The notes: generated by a model not told the origin, from the letters alone. A stretch of 64,000 bases of DNA from an uncultured delta proteobacterium (GCA_963785725.1 CAWAWS010000003.1:32001-96000); one strand, 5' to 3'; shown: positions 31,586 to 44,077, counted from the first letter of the stretch. Numbers and translations are program-made.

Positions 31586-31650
31586 CGCTTTCGGCCTGGG
31601 TGGCCAGGGTAACCAGTCCCGGCGAGGTTCGAATCCTCGGTAGGCGGCCA
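31586..31650 (+). other. tRNA-like remnant (T-arm, 3' acceptor strand and CCA)
   Basis: CGAGG-TTCGAAT-CCTCG (31623-31639) followed by GTAGGCG-G-CCA; CGCTTTC at 31586 can pair with 6 of 7 positions; about 11 nt too short for a full tRNA. Confidence 0.4.
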
Positions 31651-31767
31651 ACGTCAGGGACACATCGAAGGCGGGAAGGCTCGTGGGCGCTGCGCGGCCG
31701 CGCCTTGACCTCTCGCGACGTAAACCCGACGCCTTTTGACGACTTGCCACCGCGCAACCACTTGACG

Positions 31768-33549
<1,782 letters not shown>

Positions 33550-33550
<1 letters not shown>

Positions 33551-33930
33551 TGGCGGCGATGACGAACGGAAAGGCCGGCAAAGCCAAGCGGCCGACGACG
33601 AAGACGACGATGAAGGCCAGGCTGGCCAAGGCATCCACGGAGTATCTGCTGCGGCTCTATGTCGCCGGGCAGACGCCGCGCAGCTTACAGGCGTTCTCGA
33701 ACTTGAAGCGCATCTGCGAGGAGCATTTGGCCGGGCGCTATCAGATCGAGGTGATCGATCTGCTCGTCAATCCGGCGCTGGCGCGCGGCGATCAGATCCT
33801 GGCGCTGCCGGCGGTCGTGCGGCAATTGCCGCCGCCGGTGAAGAAGATCATCGGCGACTTCTCCAACGCCGAGCGGCTCTTGGTCGGCCTCGATCTGCGG
33901 CCGCTCAAGGCGAAGGTCGACGCGCGGTGA
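33550..33930 (+). CDS. kaiB: KaiB (1)
   Basis: [36 protein letters not shown]. Confidence 0.95.
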
Positions 33931-34280
33931 AGCCGCTGCGCAGCTCGACCGCGGCCTTCGAAGCGGGGCTCGCCGGCAAGGCCAAGAAGTCGGCGACCAA
34001 GGGCGAGCAGTTCGTCCTGCGGCTCTACGTCGCGGGCAGCTCGTCGAAGTCGCTGCGCGCGATCCAAAATGCGCGCCGGATTTGCGACGAGCACTTGGCC
34101 GGTCGCTACACGCTGGAGGTGATCGACATCTTTCAGCAGCCGGCGCTGGCCAAAGACGACCAGATCATCGCCGTGCCGACGCTCATCAAGAAGCTGCCGG
34201 CGCCGCTGCGACGGTTCATCGGCGATCTATCCGACCGCAACGTGCTGATTGTCGGATTGGATTTGAAACGGAAGCGCTGA
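33927..34280 (+). CDS. kaiB: KaiB (2)
   Basis: [41 protein letters not shown]. Confidence 0.95.
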   Translation: MKPLRSSTAAFEAGLAGKAKKSATKGEQFVLRLYVAGSSSKSLRAIQNARRICDEHLAGRYTLEVIDIFQQPALAKDDQIIAVPTLIKKLPAPLRRFIGDLSDRNVLIVGLDLKRKR

Positions 34281-34283
34281 CGA

Positions 34284-36361
34284 ATGGCGAAGAAACAGAA
34301 CAAAGCCCACCCCAAGCCGCCGAAAGCGGCGGACGTGCCGGCCAAGCGGCCCAAGCTCCCCGAGCTCGAAGACCGGCTGCGCGAAGCGGAAGAGACGCTG
34401 GAGGCGATTCGCACCGGGCAGGTCGACGCGCTCGTCGTGCAGGGCGCGAGCGGCGACCAGGTGTTCACGCTGCGCGGCGCCGACCATCGCTATCGGCAGC
34501 TCGTCGAGACGATGAACGAAGGCGCGCTCATGCTGGCCTACGACGGCACGATCGTCTACAGCAACGCGCGCTTCGCCCGCATGGTGCAGCGGCCGCTGCG
34601 CGAGACGATCGGCGCGCCCTTTCACGGCTTCTTGCACGAGACCTGGCACGGGATCTGGGCGCGCTATTGAAGTCGGCGACGAACGGCACGGCCAAGGCCG
34701 AGGTCGAGCTGCGCGCCGGCGACGGCTCGGGCGTGCCCGTCTATCTGTCGGCGACCGCCAGCCGCGACGAGGAGGCCAACGTCTTGTGCGTCATCGCCAC
34801 CGATCTGTCGGAGCAGCGGCGCACGCAAGAGGTGATGGCGGCCGAGCGCTTCGCGGCGTCGCTGCTCGATCAGGCGGCCGACGCCATCGTCGTCTGCGAC
34901 GTCGACGGGCGCGTCATTCGCGCCAGCCAAGCGGCGCATCGGCTGACGCGCGACAATCCGCTGCTGCGGCCCTTTCGCGACGCCTTCTTGCTGACGCAGT
35001 TCGAGCCGCCGAGCAGCGATCCGCTGGCGCTGGCGCTCGGCGGCGAGCGTGTCAGCGGCGTCGAGGCGCAGCTGACGCGCAGCGACGGCACGCTCGCCGA
35101 CGTCTTGGTCTCGGCCGGCCCGGTGCTCAACGGCGACGGCGACTCGGTCGGCTGCGTGTTGTCGTTCGTCGACGTCACCGAGCGCAAGGCGGCGGCGGCC
35201 GAGCGGCTCGAGCTGCTCGAAGGCGCCGAGCAAGCGCGCGAAGCGGCCGAGAGCGCCAATCGCGCCAAAGATCAGTTCCTGGCGATGTTGGGCCACGAGC
35301 TGCGCAATCCCCTGGCGCCGATCTTGACGGCGCTGGAGCTGATGCGGCTCAAAGGCGACCACGAGCTGATTCGCGAGCGGGCGGTCATCGAGCGCCAGGT
35401 GCGCCACGTCGTGCGGCTCGTCGACGATCTGCTCGACGTGTCGCGGATTACGCAAGGCAAGGTGGAGCTGGCGCGGCGGCCGATCGAGCTGGCGCAGGTG
35501 GTCATCAAAGCGGTGGAGGCGGCGAGCCCGCTCATCGAGCAGCGCCATCATCGGCTGTCGGTCGACGTCGCGCAGAGCGGCCTCTTGGTCTACGGCGACG
35601 AGATGCGCCTGTGCCAGGTCATCTCGAACTTGCTGACGAACGCCGCCAAATACACCGACGTCAACGGGCGCATTCACGTGAGCGCCACCCGCGACGCCGA
35701 CGAGGTCGAGCTCACCGTGACCGACAACGGCGCGGGAATCCCAGCCGAAATCTTGCCGCACCTGTTCGAGAGCTTCGTGCAAGGGCAGCGCACGATCGAG
35801 CGCTCCGAAGGCGGGCTCGGGCTCGGGCTGGCCATCGTGCGCAGCTTGGTGCTCTTGCACGGCGGCACGGTCGAGGCGCGCAGCGACGGCATCGGGCGCG
35901 GCAGCGAGTTTGCCATGCGGCTGCCGGCGTTGCGCGCGGACAGCCGCGTCGCCATCGTCGAGCCCGCGGCGCTGCTGCCGGCGACGGCGACGGGCGCGCC
36001 GCGGCGCGTGCTCATCGTCGACGACAACATCGACGCGGCCGAGCTCTTGGCGGCGTCGCTGGAGGCGCTCGGCCACCTGACGCGCGTGGCCCACGACGGC
36101 CCGTCGGCGCTGCGCGCGGCCGAGGAGTTCGACCCGCAGGTGGCGCTGCTCGACATCGGGCTGCCGGTGATGGACGGCTACGAATTGGCGCGGCGCATTC
36201 GCGTCGACGGCCTGCGCTTGGTGGCGCTGACCGGCTACGGGCAGGACACCGACCGCGAGCGCTCGTCGCAGGCGGGCTTCGACGAGCACCTCGTCAAGCC
36301 GGTGGAGATCGCGCGACTGAGCGACGTCATTCGCCAACTGACGCAGCCGCAACCGCATTAG
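34284..36361 (+). CDS. PAS-PAS hybrid histidine kinase (frameshift near 34650)
   Basis: EAEETLEAIRTGQVDALVV N-terminus, two PAS domains, LGHELRNPL, NAAKYT, GLGLGL, C-terminal receiver LLDIGLP. Confidence 0.92.
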
Positions 36362-36517
36362 GGGCTGTTCTCAATTGGCGGACCGAGCCAAGCGCCGCGA
36401 GGAGCCGCGGCTGCGAGGCGCGAAGAGCGAAGCTACTGGCGGTAACTGAGCGATGAGCAACGAAGCAGACGCGGCCCGCAGCAAGCTTGGCGACGGGAGC
36501 TGATTGAGAACAGCCCC
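36361..36517. mobile_element. 157-bp MITE with 15-bp perfect TIRs and TA flanks
   Basis: TA-GGGGCTGTTCTCAAT (36361-36375) ... ATTGAGAACAGCCCC (36503-36517)-TA; no transposase inside. Confidence 0.85.
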
Positions 36518-36564
36518 TAGCGCCGCGGCTTTCGGCGCGCCCGCAAAACGTCTACAATGAGCGG

Positions 36565-38034
36565 GTGAACCGAAGAATGCTCGGCGTCTTTGCGGTCGCG
36601 CTCTCGCTCCTGGGCTGCGCGACGCGCGCCCAGCGCGTGAGCGGCTCGGCCGTGGGCGGCTTCGACGGCGGCGCCGTCGGCGACATGAGCGCGCAGCCCG
36701 CCAACGACGGCGGCACCACCATCGCGCCCATCAATCGCGATTCGACGACCATCTACAACGTCTATCCGCAGCTCTATTCGCCATCGGGCACGTTGACGGC
36801 GGTGACGATCGATCTGGAGCGCATTCACGATCTCGGCTTCGATACGCTCTATCTATTGCCGGTGACACCGATTGGCCAGGCGACTTACAATCATCCGTCA
36901 TTCGGCAGCCCTTATTGCGTGCACGACTATTATGCCGTCAGTGAGTCATTGGGTAACGAGGCCGATCTGACGAAGCTCGTGCAAACCGCGCACAAGCTGG
37001 GCATGCACGTCATTCTCGACGAGGTCTTGAATCATACGTCGTGGGATAACGCGCTCATTACGCTGCATCCCGAATACTACTTACATAGCGACGGGAATCC
37101 TTTGAACCTGGACTCGATCGAGCAGGCGTTCGACTTTGCCGACGTCGCGCAGCTCGATTACAAGACGCCGAGCAATGGCGTCGCCGAATACATGACCGAT
37201 ATGCTCGTCTATTGGATCGCGACCTTCGATATCGACGGGTTTCGCTTCGATACCGCCGACGATCCAATGGGCGACGCGCGCATGATTCCGGCCAGCTTCT
37301 GGCAAGACTTGCGGGCGCAATTGGAGGCGACGAAACCGGGAATCTTCCTGCTCGGCGAGGCAGAAGATCCGGCGCTCTCCGATGTGGCGTTCGATCTCGA
37401 TTACGGCTGGCAACTGCAAGGCGTCTACGGCGCCGGCGGCCTGGCGCAAGTGGCGACCGGCGGCGACGCGACGCTGCTCGAGCAGGCGTGGATGGCGCAA
37501 AAGAGCGGCTATCCGAGCGACGTGCGCCATATGACGCTCTTGCAAGACTGGGATCTCGACGAGGATTTGACGCTGTATGGCGGCGCGCCCAACACGATGG
37601 CGGCGGCGACCTTCAACTTCACGATCGACGGCATTCCCATGCTCTTCAATGGCGAAGAGGTGGGGAATGACAATAGCGCCGTCAATACGCATATGCCGAT
37701 CGATTGGAGCGGTCCCAACGCGGCGACGTTTACGCCGTTCTATCGCTCACTGTTGGCGTTGCGGAATGGCAACGCGGCGCTGCAACAGGGCGCCGTCAAT
37801 TGGATTGCCAATAGCGCGCCCAGCTCGGTCGTCAGCTATACGCGTACGAATACGGACGCGACCTTCCTCGTCGTCATCAACTTCGGCGGCAGCGCGGTCA
37901 GCGGCACGTTGTCGGGGATCGGCGCCGGCCCGTGGACCGACGTGTCGCCGGTCGGCTCGCCCGGCGGCACGTCGCACGCACAGCCGCCCAGCTTCACCCT
38001 CGCCGCTTACGACTTCGCCGTATTCCATCAGTAA
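36565..38034 (+). CDS. GH13 alpha-amylase-family lipoprotein
   Basis: Lipobox LLGC; GSPYCVHDY, VILDEVLNH, GFRFDTA, LGEAE, GIPMLFNGEEVG. Confidence 0.9.
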   Translation: MNRRMLGVFAVALSLLGCATRAQRVSGSAVGGFDGGAVGDMSAQPANDGGTTIAPINRDSTTIYNVYPQLYSPSGTLTAVTIDLERIHDLGFDTLYLLPVTPIGQATYNHPSFGSPYCVHDYYAVSESLGNEADLTKLVQTAHKLGMHVILDEVLNHTSWDNALITLHPEYYLHSDGNPLNLDSIEQAFDFADVAQLDYKTPSNGVAEYMTDMLVYWIATFDIDGFRFDTADDPMGDARMIPASFWQDLRAQLEATKPGIFLLGEAEDPALSDVAFDLDYGWQLQGVYGAGGLAQVATGGDATLLEQAWMAQKSGYPSDVRHMTLLQDWDLDEDLTLYGGAPNTMAAATFNFTIDGIPMLFNGEEVGNDNSAVNTHMPIDWSGPNAATFTPFYRSLLALRNGNAALQQGAVNWIANSAPSSVVSYTRTNTDATFLVVINFGGSAVSGTLSGIGAGPWTDVSPVGSPGGTSHAQPPSFTLAAYDFAVFHQ

Positions 38035-38200
38035 TCATTACCAATTGACGTCTTTGTCGTGCGCGCTGCCATGACAGTGGCGACTGCGCGCAATGGCGCT
38101 CATGTGTCGAACTGTTCGCCTGCGGGCGTGCGCTGAACCGAGCCGTACCATCGAGCAACCGACAGACAGTGTTGCCATATCGGCGCGCGGGGAGGATTGA

Positions 38201-39067
38201 ATGAAAGCGAAAACAGGCGGTCCATTGTCGGCCGGAACGAAAGCACATGCGCACAGCAGAGGCGGGCCGCTGCTCGATCGGCGCGATGTCTTGGCGACCT
38301 TGGGCGCGCTCGGGCCGATGCTCATGCTCGGCTGCGGCGCCACGTCCGGCGGGTCGTCGGCGGGCGGCAACGATTTGTCGTCGACGGGCGGCGGCGGCGA
38401 CTTGGCCGGCGGCGCCGACGCCGGCGCGAACGCCGACGCCCCGCCCAGCTCGTGCGTGGAGATCCCCGACGAGACCGGCGGCCCTTATCCCGACACCGAC
38501 GGCATGATCTCGAATGACACTTACAATCGCACCGACATCACCGAAGGCAAAACGGGGACGCCGCTGACGCTGACGATGCAGCTCGTCAATGTCTCGAGCA
38601 GCTGCGCGCCCATCGTCGGTGCGCGCGTCATCATTTGGCACTGCGACGCCAATGGCGTGTACTCCGAATATGCGTCGTCGATGAACTCCGATCCCGCGCA
38701 AGGCGAGAGCGGCTCGACGACGACGACCTATTTGCGCGGCTGGCAAGCGAGTGACGGCAGCGGCAACGTCACGTTCACGACGATATTTCCCGGCTGGTAT
38801 ACGCCGCGCGTCACGCATATTCACGTCATGGTGTACAACCCGAATGATCTGAAGACGCCGGTGAAGACGACGCAGTTTACGTTTACCGACTCGACCATTG
38901 CGGCGGTCTATGCGCAGTCGACGCTCTATCCCAAAGGGCAGAACTCGACGACGGTGGCGACCGATATGGTGTTCGGCGGCAATGACGAGAACCTCGTCGC
39001 CGCGGTCACCGGTAATACGACGAGCGGCTATGTGGCGACCATCCCGATCGGGCTGACGACCTATTAG
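38201..39067 (+). CDS. Intradiol ring-cleavage dioxygenase-like protein, Tat lipoprotein
   Basis: DRRDVL Tat motif plus MLGC; ETGGPYP, IWHCDANGVYS, TIFPGWY..RVTHIH (Tyr/Tyr/His/His ligands). Confidence 0.9.
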   Translation: MKAKTGGPLSAGTKAHAHSRGGPLLDRRDVLATLGALGPMLMLGCGATSGGSSAGGNDLSSTGGGGDLAGGADAGANADAPPSSCVEIPDETGGPYPDTDGMISNDTYNRTDITEGKTGTPLTLTMQLVNVSSSCAPIVGARVIIWHCDANGVYSEYASSMNSDPAQGESGSTTTTYLRGWQASDGSGNVTFTTIFPGWYTPRVTHIHVMVYNPNDLKTPVKTTQFTFTDSTIAAVYAQSTLYPKGQNSTTVATDMVFGGNDENLVAAVTGNTTSGYVATIPIGLTTY

Positions 39068-39083
39068 TCGCCGCGCTTCGTAA

Positions 39084-39176
39084 GCCAAAGCGGAGAAATA
39101 ACGGGCGCGCGCGAGTTGTCTTGCGCAGCCCGTAGGGCGAGCACCGTCTGAGCGCGCGTCCGTTATTTCGGGGCGC
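39084..39176 (-). repeat. Palindromic element copy 2 (supplies the TetR stop codon)
   Basis: Arms 39095-39112 / 39152-39169; reverse complement of copy 3. Confidence 0.9.
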
Positions 39177-39813
39177 CGACGAAGGCGCCGAGCGCGGCGC
39201 CGACGGCGTCGAGCGGCGCCACTTCGCGACGCGCGCGACAGAGAATGAGCGCGCCTTCGAGCGCCGCCAGCACGAGCGCGGCCGCCGCCGCCGCTTTCGC
39301 CTCGGCCAGCCCCGACGCGACGAACGCCGCCTGCAGCTCGCGCTCCCAGACGACGAACACCGCGGCCGCCAGCGCACCCAAATGTGGATGCTCGAGCCGC
39401 TCGATGCCGACCGCCGCGATCGCGCAGCCCGCCTGATACTCGCTCTTGACGAGCACGTGGCGAAAAGCCTCGATGAAGCGGCGCACGACCTCCTGCGGTG
39501 ACGTCGCGTCGCGCAGGCGCAACAGCGTCAGCACGCGGTCGCCGACGAGCGCGATCGCCTCCGCCGTCAGGCTCTCTTTGCCTTCGGGAAAGTGGTGATA
39601 GATCGAGCCGCGCGGCGCCCCGCTCCGCTCGATGACCTCGGAGAACGACGTGCCGCTGAGCCCGCGCTCGCTCAACAGCGCCGCCGCCGCGCGCACCATG
39701 CGCTCGCGCGGCGAACGCTCGCCGACCGCGCTCGTCGCCAGTTTCTCATTGGCCGGCGGCGACTTGGCTGGCTTCTTGGCCTTGGGCGGCGCGGGTTTCT
39801 TGGGTTTCGTCAT
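39163..39813 (-). CDS. TetR/AcrR family regulator (LmrA/YxaF-like)
   Basis: GLSGTSFSEVIERSGAPRGSIYHHFPEGKE HTH; GCAIA; LEGALIL. Confidence 0.95.
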   Translation of the reverse strand: MTKPKKPAPPKAKKPAKSPPANEKLATSAVGERSPRERMVRAAAALLSERGLSGTSFSEVIERSGAPRGSIYHHFPEGKESLTAEAIALVGDRVLTLLRLRDATSPQEVVRRFIEAFRHVLVKSEYQAGCAIAAVGIERLEHPHLGALAAAVFVVWERELQAAFVASGLAEAKAAAAAALVLAALEGALILCRARREVAPLDAVGAALGAFVGAPK

Positions 39814-39826
39814 GATCGTTTCGGTT

Positions 39827-39881
39827 GACTATGATGATCGTCATAGTCATAGTCGCCGAGCTATGTCGACCATCATAGCTC
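39827..39881. promoter_or_regulatory. Two TetR operator-like palindromes CTATG-N8-CATAG
   Basis: GACTATGATGATCGTCATAGTC (39827-39848) and GAGCTATGTCGACCATCATAGCTC (39858-39881) lie between the divergent genes. Confidence 0.8.
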
Positions 39882-39894
39882 AAGGAGACCGACC

Positions 39895-40335
39895 ATGCCC
39901 ATGATCGATATCTACGCGCCCGAAGGCACCTTCCCCGAGTCGAACGAGGCGGCGCTCCTCGACCGGGCCACGGCGGTGCTCCTGCAGTTCGAGAAGACGA
40001 CCGGCATTCCGCTGGCGGTGTCGAACACCGGCGCCTACTTGCACGTGCTGCCGAAGAGGCGCGTCGCCGCCGGCGGCAAAGCCGACCAGGTCGTGCGCAT
40101 TCAGCTGCTGACGCCGCGAGACGGCCTGCAGCAGCCGCAGCGCAACGGCATCACCGAAGGCATGACCCAGATCGTCGGCGAGCTCGCCAGCGATCCCAAA
40201 GTCGCCGAGCGCACCTGGGTGCTGTTCAGCGAAGCCGTCGACGGCGGCTGGGGCATCGCCGGCAAGGCCTACAACAACGGCGAGCTGTTCGAAGCCGTCA
40301 AGGCGAGCGCCATTGCCGCGCGGGCTCCGAAATGA
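39895..40335 (+). CDS. Tautomerase superfamily protein
   Basis: AAGGAG RBS; N-terminal Pro (MPMIDIYAPEG), RTWVLFSEAVDGGWGIAG. Confidence 0.85.
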   Translation: MPMIDIYAPEGTFPESNEAALLDRATAVLLQFEKTTGIPLAVSNTGAYLHVLPKRRVAAGGKADQVVRIQLLTPRDGLQQPQRNGITEGMTQIVGELASDPKVAERTWVLFSEAVDGGWGIAGKAYNNGELFEAVKASAIAARAPK

Positions 40336-40493
40336 CGGGCGCTCCGAAATGACGGGCGCTCCGAAATAACGGGCGCTCCGAAATAACGGGCGCTCCGAAA
40401 TAACGGGCGCTCCGAAATAACGGGCGCTCCGAAATAACGGGCGCTCCGAGATAACGGGCGCTCCGAAATAACGGGCGCTCCGAAATAACGGGC
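40324..40493 (+). repeat. 17-bp tandem repeat x10 (GCTCCGAAATAACGGGC)
   Basis: Ten contiguous units counted; the first contains the tautomerase stop and the last is the left end of element copy 3. Confidence 0.95.
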
Positions 40494-40567
40494 GCGCGCT
40501 CAGACAGTGCTCGCCCTACGGGCTGCGCAAGACAACTCGCGCGCGCCCGTTATTTCTCCGCTTTGGC
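40477..40567 (+). repeat. Palindromic element copy 3
   Basis: Perfect 18-bp arms GAAATAACGGGCGCGCGC (40482-40499) / GCGCGCGCCCGTTATTTC (40539-40556). Confidence 0.9.
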
Positions 40568-40594
40568 CTTCCGAGAAGGATCACGCGGGCGCGC

Positions 40595-40672
40595 GCGCTC
40601 GGAAATGGCGGGCGCGCGCTCAGACTGCGGGCTGCGCAAGACAACGCGCGCGCGCCCGCTATTTCGGAGCGC
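40595..40672 (+). repeat. Palindromic element copy 4 (internally deleted)
   Basis: About 25-bp imperfect arms; loop TCAGAC..CGGGCTGCGCAAGACAAC lacks the central part. Confidence 0.8.
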
Positions 40673-40783
40673 TGGTAGGGTGGGTTCAGGGCGCGCATTT
40701 TTCGCGCAATGGGCGCGGGGCCTCGTCACGATCGTTGCACGGACGATTGAAGCTCGGCGTGCGAGGCGTAATTCCTCCTCGGC

Positions 40784-43700
40784 ATGTGGATCGTCCGACT
40801 CGCGCTGCGTCGTCCTTACACAGTGCTCATGAGCGTGCTCGTCATCGCGCTCTTCGGCGCCTTGGCGCTGCAGCGGCTCAAGCGCGACATCCTGCCCAAC
40901 ATCGACATCCCCGTCGTCATCGTCATCTGGAACTACCCGGGCTGTCGGCCGACGACATGGAGCAGCGCGTCGTCTTCATCACCGAGCGCGCGCTGTCGAC
41001 GACGGTCGACGGCATCGAGCGCATCGAGTCGCAGTCGCTGTCGGGCATCGGCGTCGTCCGCGTCTACTTCGAGCAAGGGCACCGACATCGGCAGCGCCAT
41101 CGCGCAGATCACCGCCGTGTGCGGCACCATCTTGCGCATTTTGCCGCCGGGGATCACGCCGCCCAACATCCTGCAGTTCAACGCCTCCAACGTCCAGGTC
41201 GCGCAGCTGACGCTCAAGAGCGACAGCCTGACCGAGCAGGACTTGTACGACTACGGCCTCAACTTCCTGCGCCTCAAGCTGTTCACCATCCCCGGCTTGG
41301 CGACGCCGGCGCCCTTCGGCGGCCGCTCGCGCCAGATCATGGTCGACCTCGATCCGCAGAAGATGCAGGCGCAAGCGGCGTCTCGGCCACCGACGTCGTC
41401 AACGCGCTCGGCAACAACAACGTCATCTTGCCGGCCGGCGACGCGCGCATCGGCAACATCGACTACGACGTGCTCATGAACTCGTCGCCCGACACCGTCA
41501 AAGAGTTCAACCAAATGCCGCTCAAGGTCGTCAACGGCATGACCGTGCTGCTCGGCGACGTCGCCTTCGTCCACGACGGCTACGCCGTGCAGACCAACAT
41601 CGTGCGCGTCAACGGGCGGCGCGCGACCTATCTGTCCATCCTGCGCAAAGCCGGCGCGTCGACGCTCGCCGTCGTCGACGCCGTGCGCGATCTCGTTGCC
41701 CGCCATCAGAGCGTCGGCGCCGCCGGGGATGGACGTCAGCATCGACTTCGACCAGTCGATCTTCGTGCGCGCCGCCATCAAGGGCGTCTTGCGCGAAGCC
41801 GGCATCGCCGCCGGCGCTCGTCTCGCTCATGATCCTCTTCTTCCTCGGCAGCTGGCGCTCGGTGGTCATCGTCTGCACGTCGATCCCGATCGCGCTCGTC
41901 TTCGGCATCTGCGCGCTGTTCCTGACCGGACCAGACGCTGAACCTCATGACGCTCGGCGGCCTCTCGCTCGCCGTCGGCATGCTCGTCGACGACGCCACC
42001 GTCGAGGTCGAGAACATCCACCGCAACCGCGGCGAAGGCAAGCCGCTCACGGTCGCCATCCTCGACGGCGCGCACCAGGTCGCCGTGCCCGCGCTGGCGG
42101 CGACGCTGACCATCTGCATCGTCTTCTTCCCGGTCGTGATGCTGCAGGGCCCGTCGCGCTTCCTGTTCATGCCGCTGGCGCTCGCCGTCGTGTTCTCGAT
42201 GATCGCGTCCTATCTGCTCTCGCGCACGCTGGTGCCGTCGCTGGCGCACAAGCTGCTGCCCGAGAACGAAGCCGACGAGCATAAAGAAGGCTGGGTCACT
42301 CGCTTCAATGACTGGCGCGATCGCGGCTTCGATCGGCTACGCGGAGCGTATGGCGGCGTCTCTGGCGACGTGCATCGAGCATCGCGGCAAGTTCCTGCTC
42401 GGCGCGCGGCTCTTCGCGCTGATCGGCCTCAGCCTCGTCGTCGTCGTCGGCTTCGACTTCTTTCCCGCAGTCGACACCGGGCAGATGCGACTGCACGTGC
42501 GCGCCCCGATCGGCATGCGCATCGAGGACACCGAGGTCTTGCGTGGGTCGACATCGAGCGCGAGATCGCGCGCATCATCCCGCGCGACGAGCTCGACACC
42601 ATCAACGACAAGATCGGCATTCCCACCTATTACAACCTGGCCTTCGTCTCGACCGACAACGTCGGCGGGCAGGACGCCGAGATGCTCATCCAGCTCAAGG
42701 CCGGCCACCACCCGTCGCAAGACTACATGACGCGCATTCGTAAGGAGCTGCCGGCGAAGTTCCCCGGCGTGCAGCTCTATTTCATGCCCGCCGACGTCGT
42801 GACGCAGGTGCTCAACTTCGGCGTGTCTTCGATGATCGACGTGCAGATCGAGGGCCAGCGACGCCAATGCCTCTTTCGGGGTCGCGCGCCAGCTGTTCGA
42901 CAAAATGCGCGCAATCCCCGGCACCGAAGACGTGCGCATCGCGCAAGTGTTCAATCACCCGGCGCTCACGCTCGACGTCGATCGGCAGCAGGCGCTGCAG
43001 CTCAATGTCGGCTTTCGCGACGTCGCGCAACAGCGTGTTGACGTCGCTTGAGCTCGTCGTCGCTGACCGATCCCAACTTCTGGGTCAACCCGAAGACGGG
43101 CGTCAACTATAACGTCGCCGTGCAGACGCCGATTCTGAAGATGGCGAGCGTCGACGATCTGCTGGGCACGTCGGTGACGCCGGCGAACGGCATCAACAGC
43201 GAGAATACGACGGCCAACTCGCCGACGACGACGCCGGGACCGTTGACGCTGGCGCAGAGCGCGCTGCCGCTCGACTCGCACGAACGCGCCTTATCTCGGC
43301 GGCGTCGCGCGGCTGACGCAGACGCAAGATCGCGCGTCGATCAACCACTACACGGTGCAGCCGATCGTCGACGTGCAGGCGTCGGTGCACGGGCGCGACC
43401 TCGGCGGCGTCACCAGCGACATCGACGCCGCGATCAAGCAGCTCAAAGTGCCGAAGACGTCGCGGATTCGCGTGCGCGGCCAGTCGGAGAGCATGCGCAC
43501 GTCGTTCATCAGCTTCGGGCTCGGCCTCATCGTCGCCATCGTGCTCGTCTATTTGCTGCTGATGGTGCTGTTTCAGTCGGCGCTCGATCCGCTCATCATC
43601 ATGGTGGCGGTTCCGGGCGCCTTCGTCGGCATCGCGTGGATGCTGGCGCTGACGGGCACGACACTGAACGTCGAGTCGTTCATGGGCGCGATCATGGCCA

Positions 43701-44077
43701 TCGGGATCGCCGTATCGAACTCGATTCTGCTCGTCAGCTTCGCCAACGAAGCGCGCGCCGAGAACGAGGCGCTGACGGCGTTCGAAGCGGCGCTCGAGGC
43801 CGGCAAGACGCGCCTGCGGCCGGTGTTGATGACGGCGCTGGCGATGGTCCTCGGCATGCTGCCGATGGCGCTGTCGCTCGGCGAAGGCGGCGAGCAGAAC
43901 GCGCCGCTCGGTCGCGCGGTCATCGGCGGCCTGTTGGTGGCGACGCTGGTGACGCTGTTGGTGGTGCCGGTGATGTACACGATCTTGCGGCAAAAGCCGC
44001 CGACGGCGCACGAGCTCGACAAGCGGTTCAAAGAGGAGTCGCGCGGCGCGATTTCCGAGGAAGGGCGCGACGCATGA
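40784..44077 (+). CDS. RND efflux permease (AcrB/NolG-type), many frameshifts
   Basis: MWIVRLALRRP, DILPNIDIPVV, LAVGMLVDDATVEVENIHR, RLRPVLMTALAMVLGMLPMAL. Confidence 0.9.

Noticed and set aside
31575..31650. Complete functional tRNA gene
   Set aside because: No 76-nt cloverleaf: the acceptor pairing and anticodon arm fail; kept only as a remnant
40324..40493. Possible CRISPR array
   Set aside because: The 17-bp units are contiguous with no spacers, and there are no cas genes in the window
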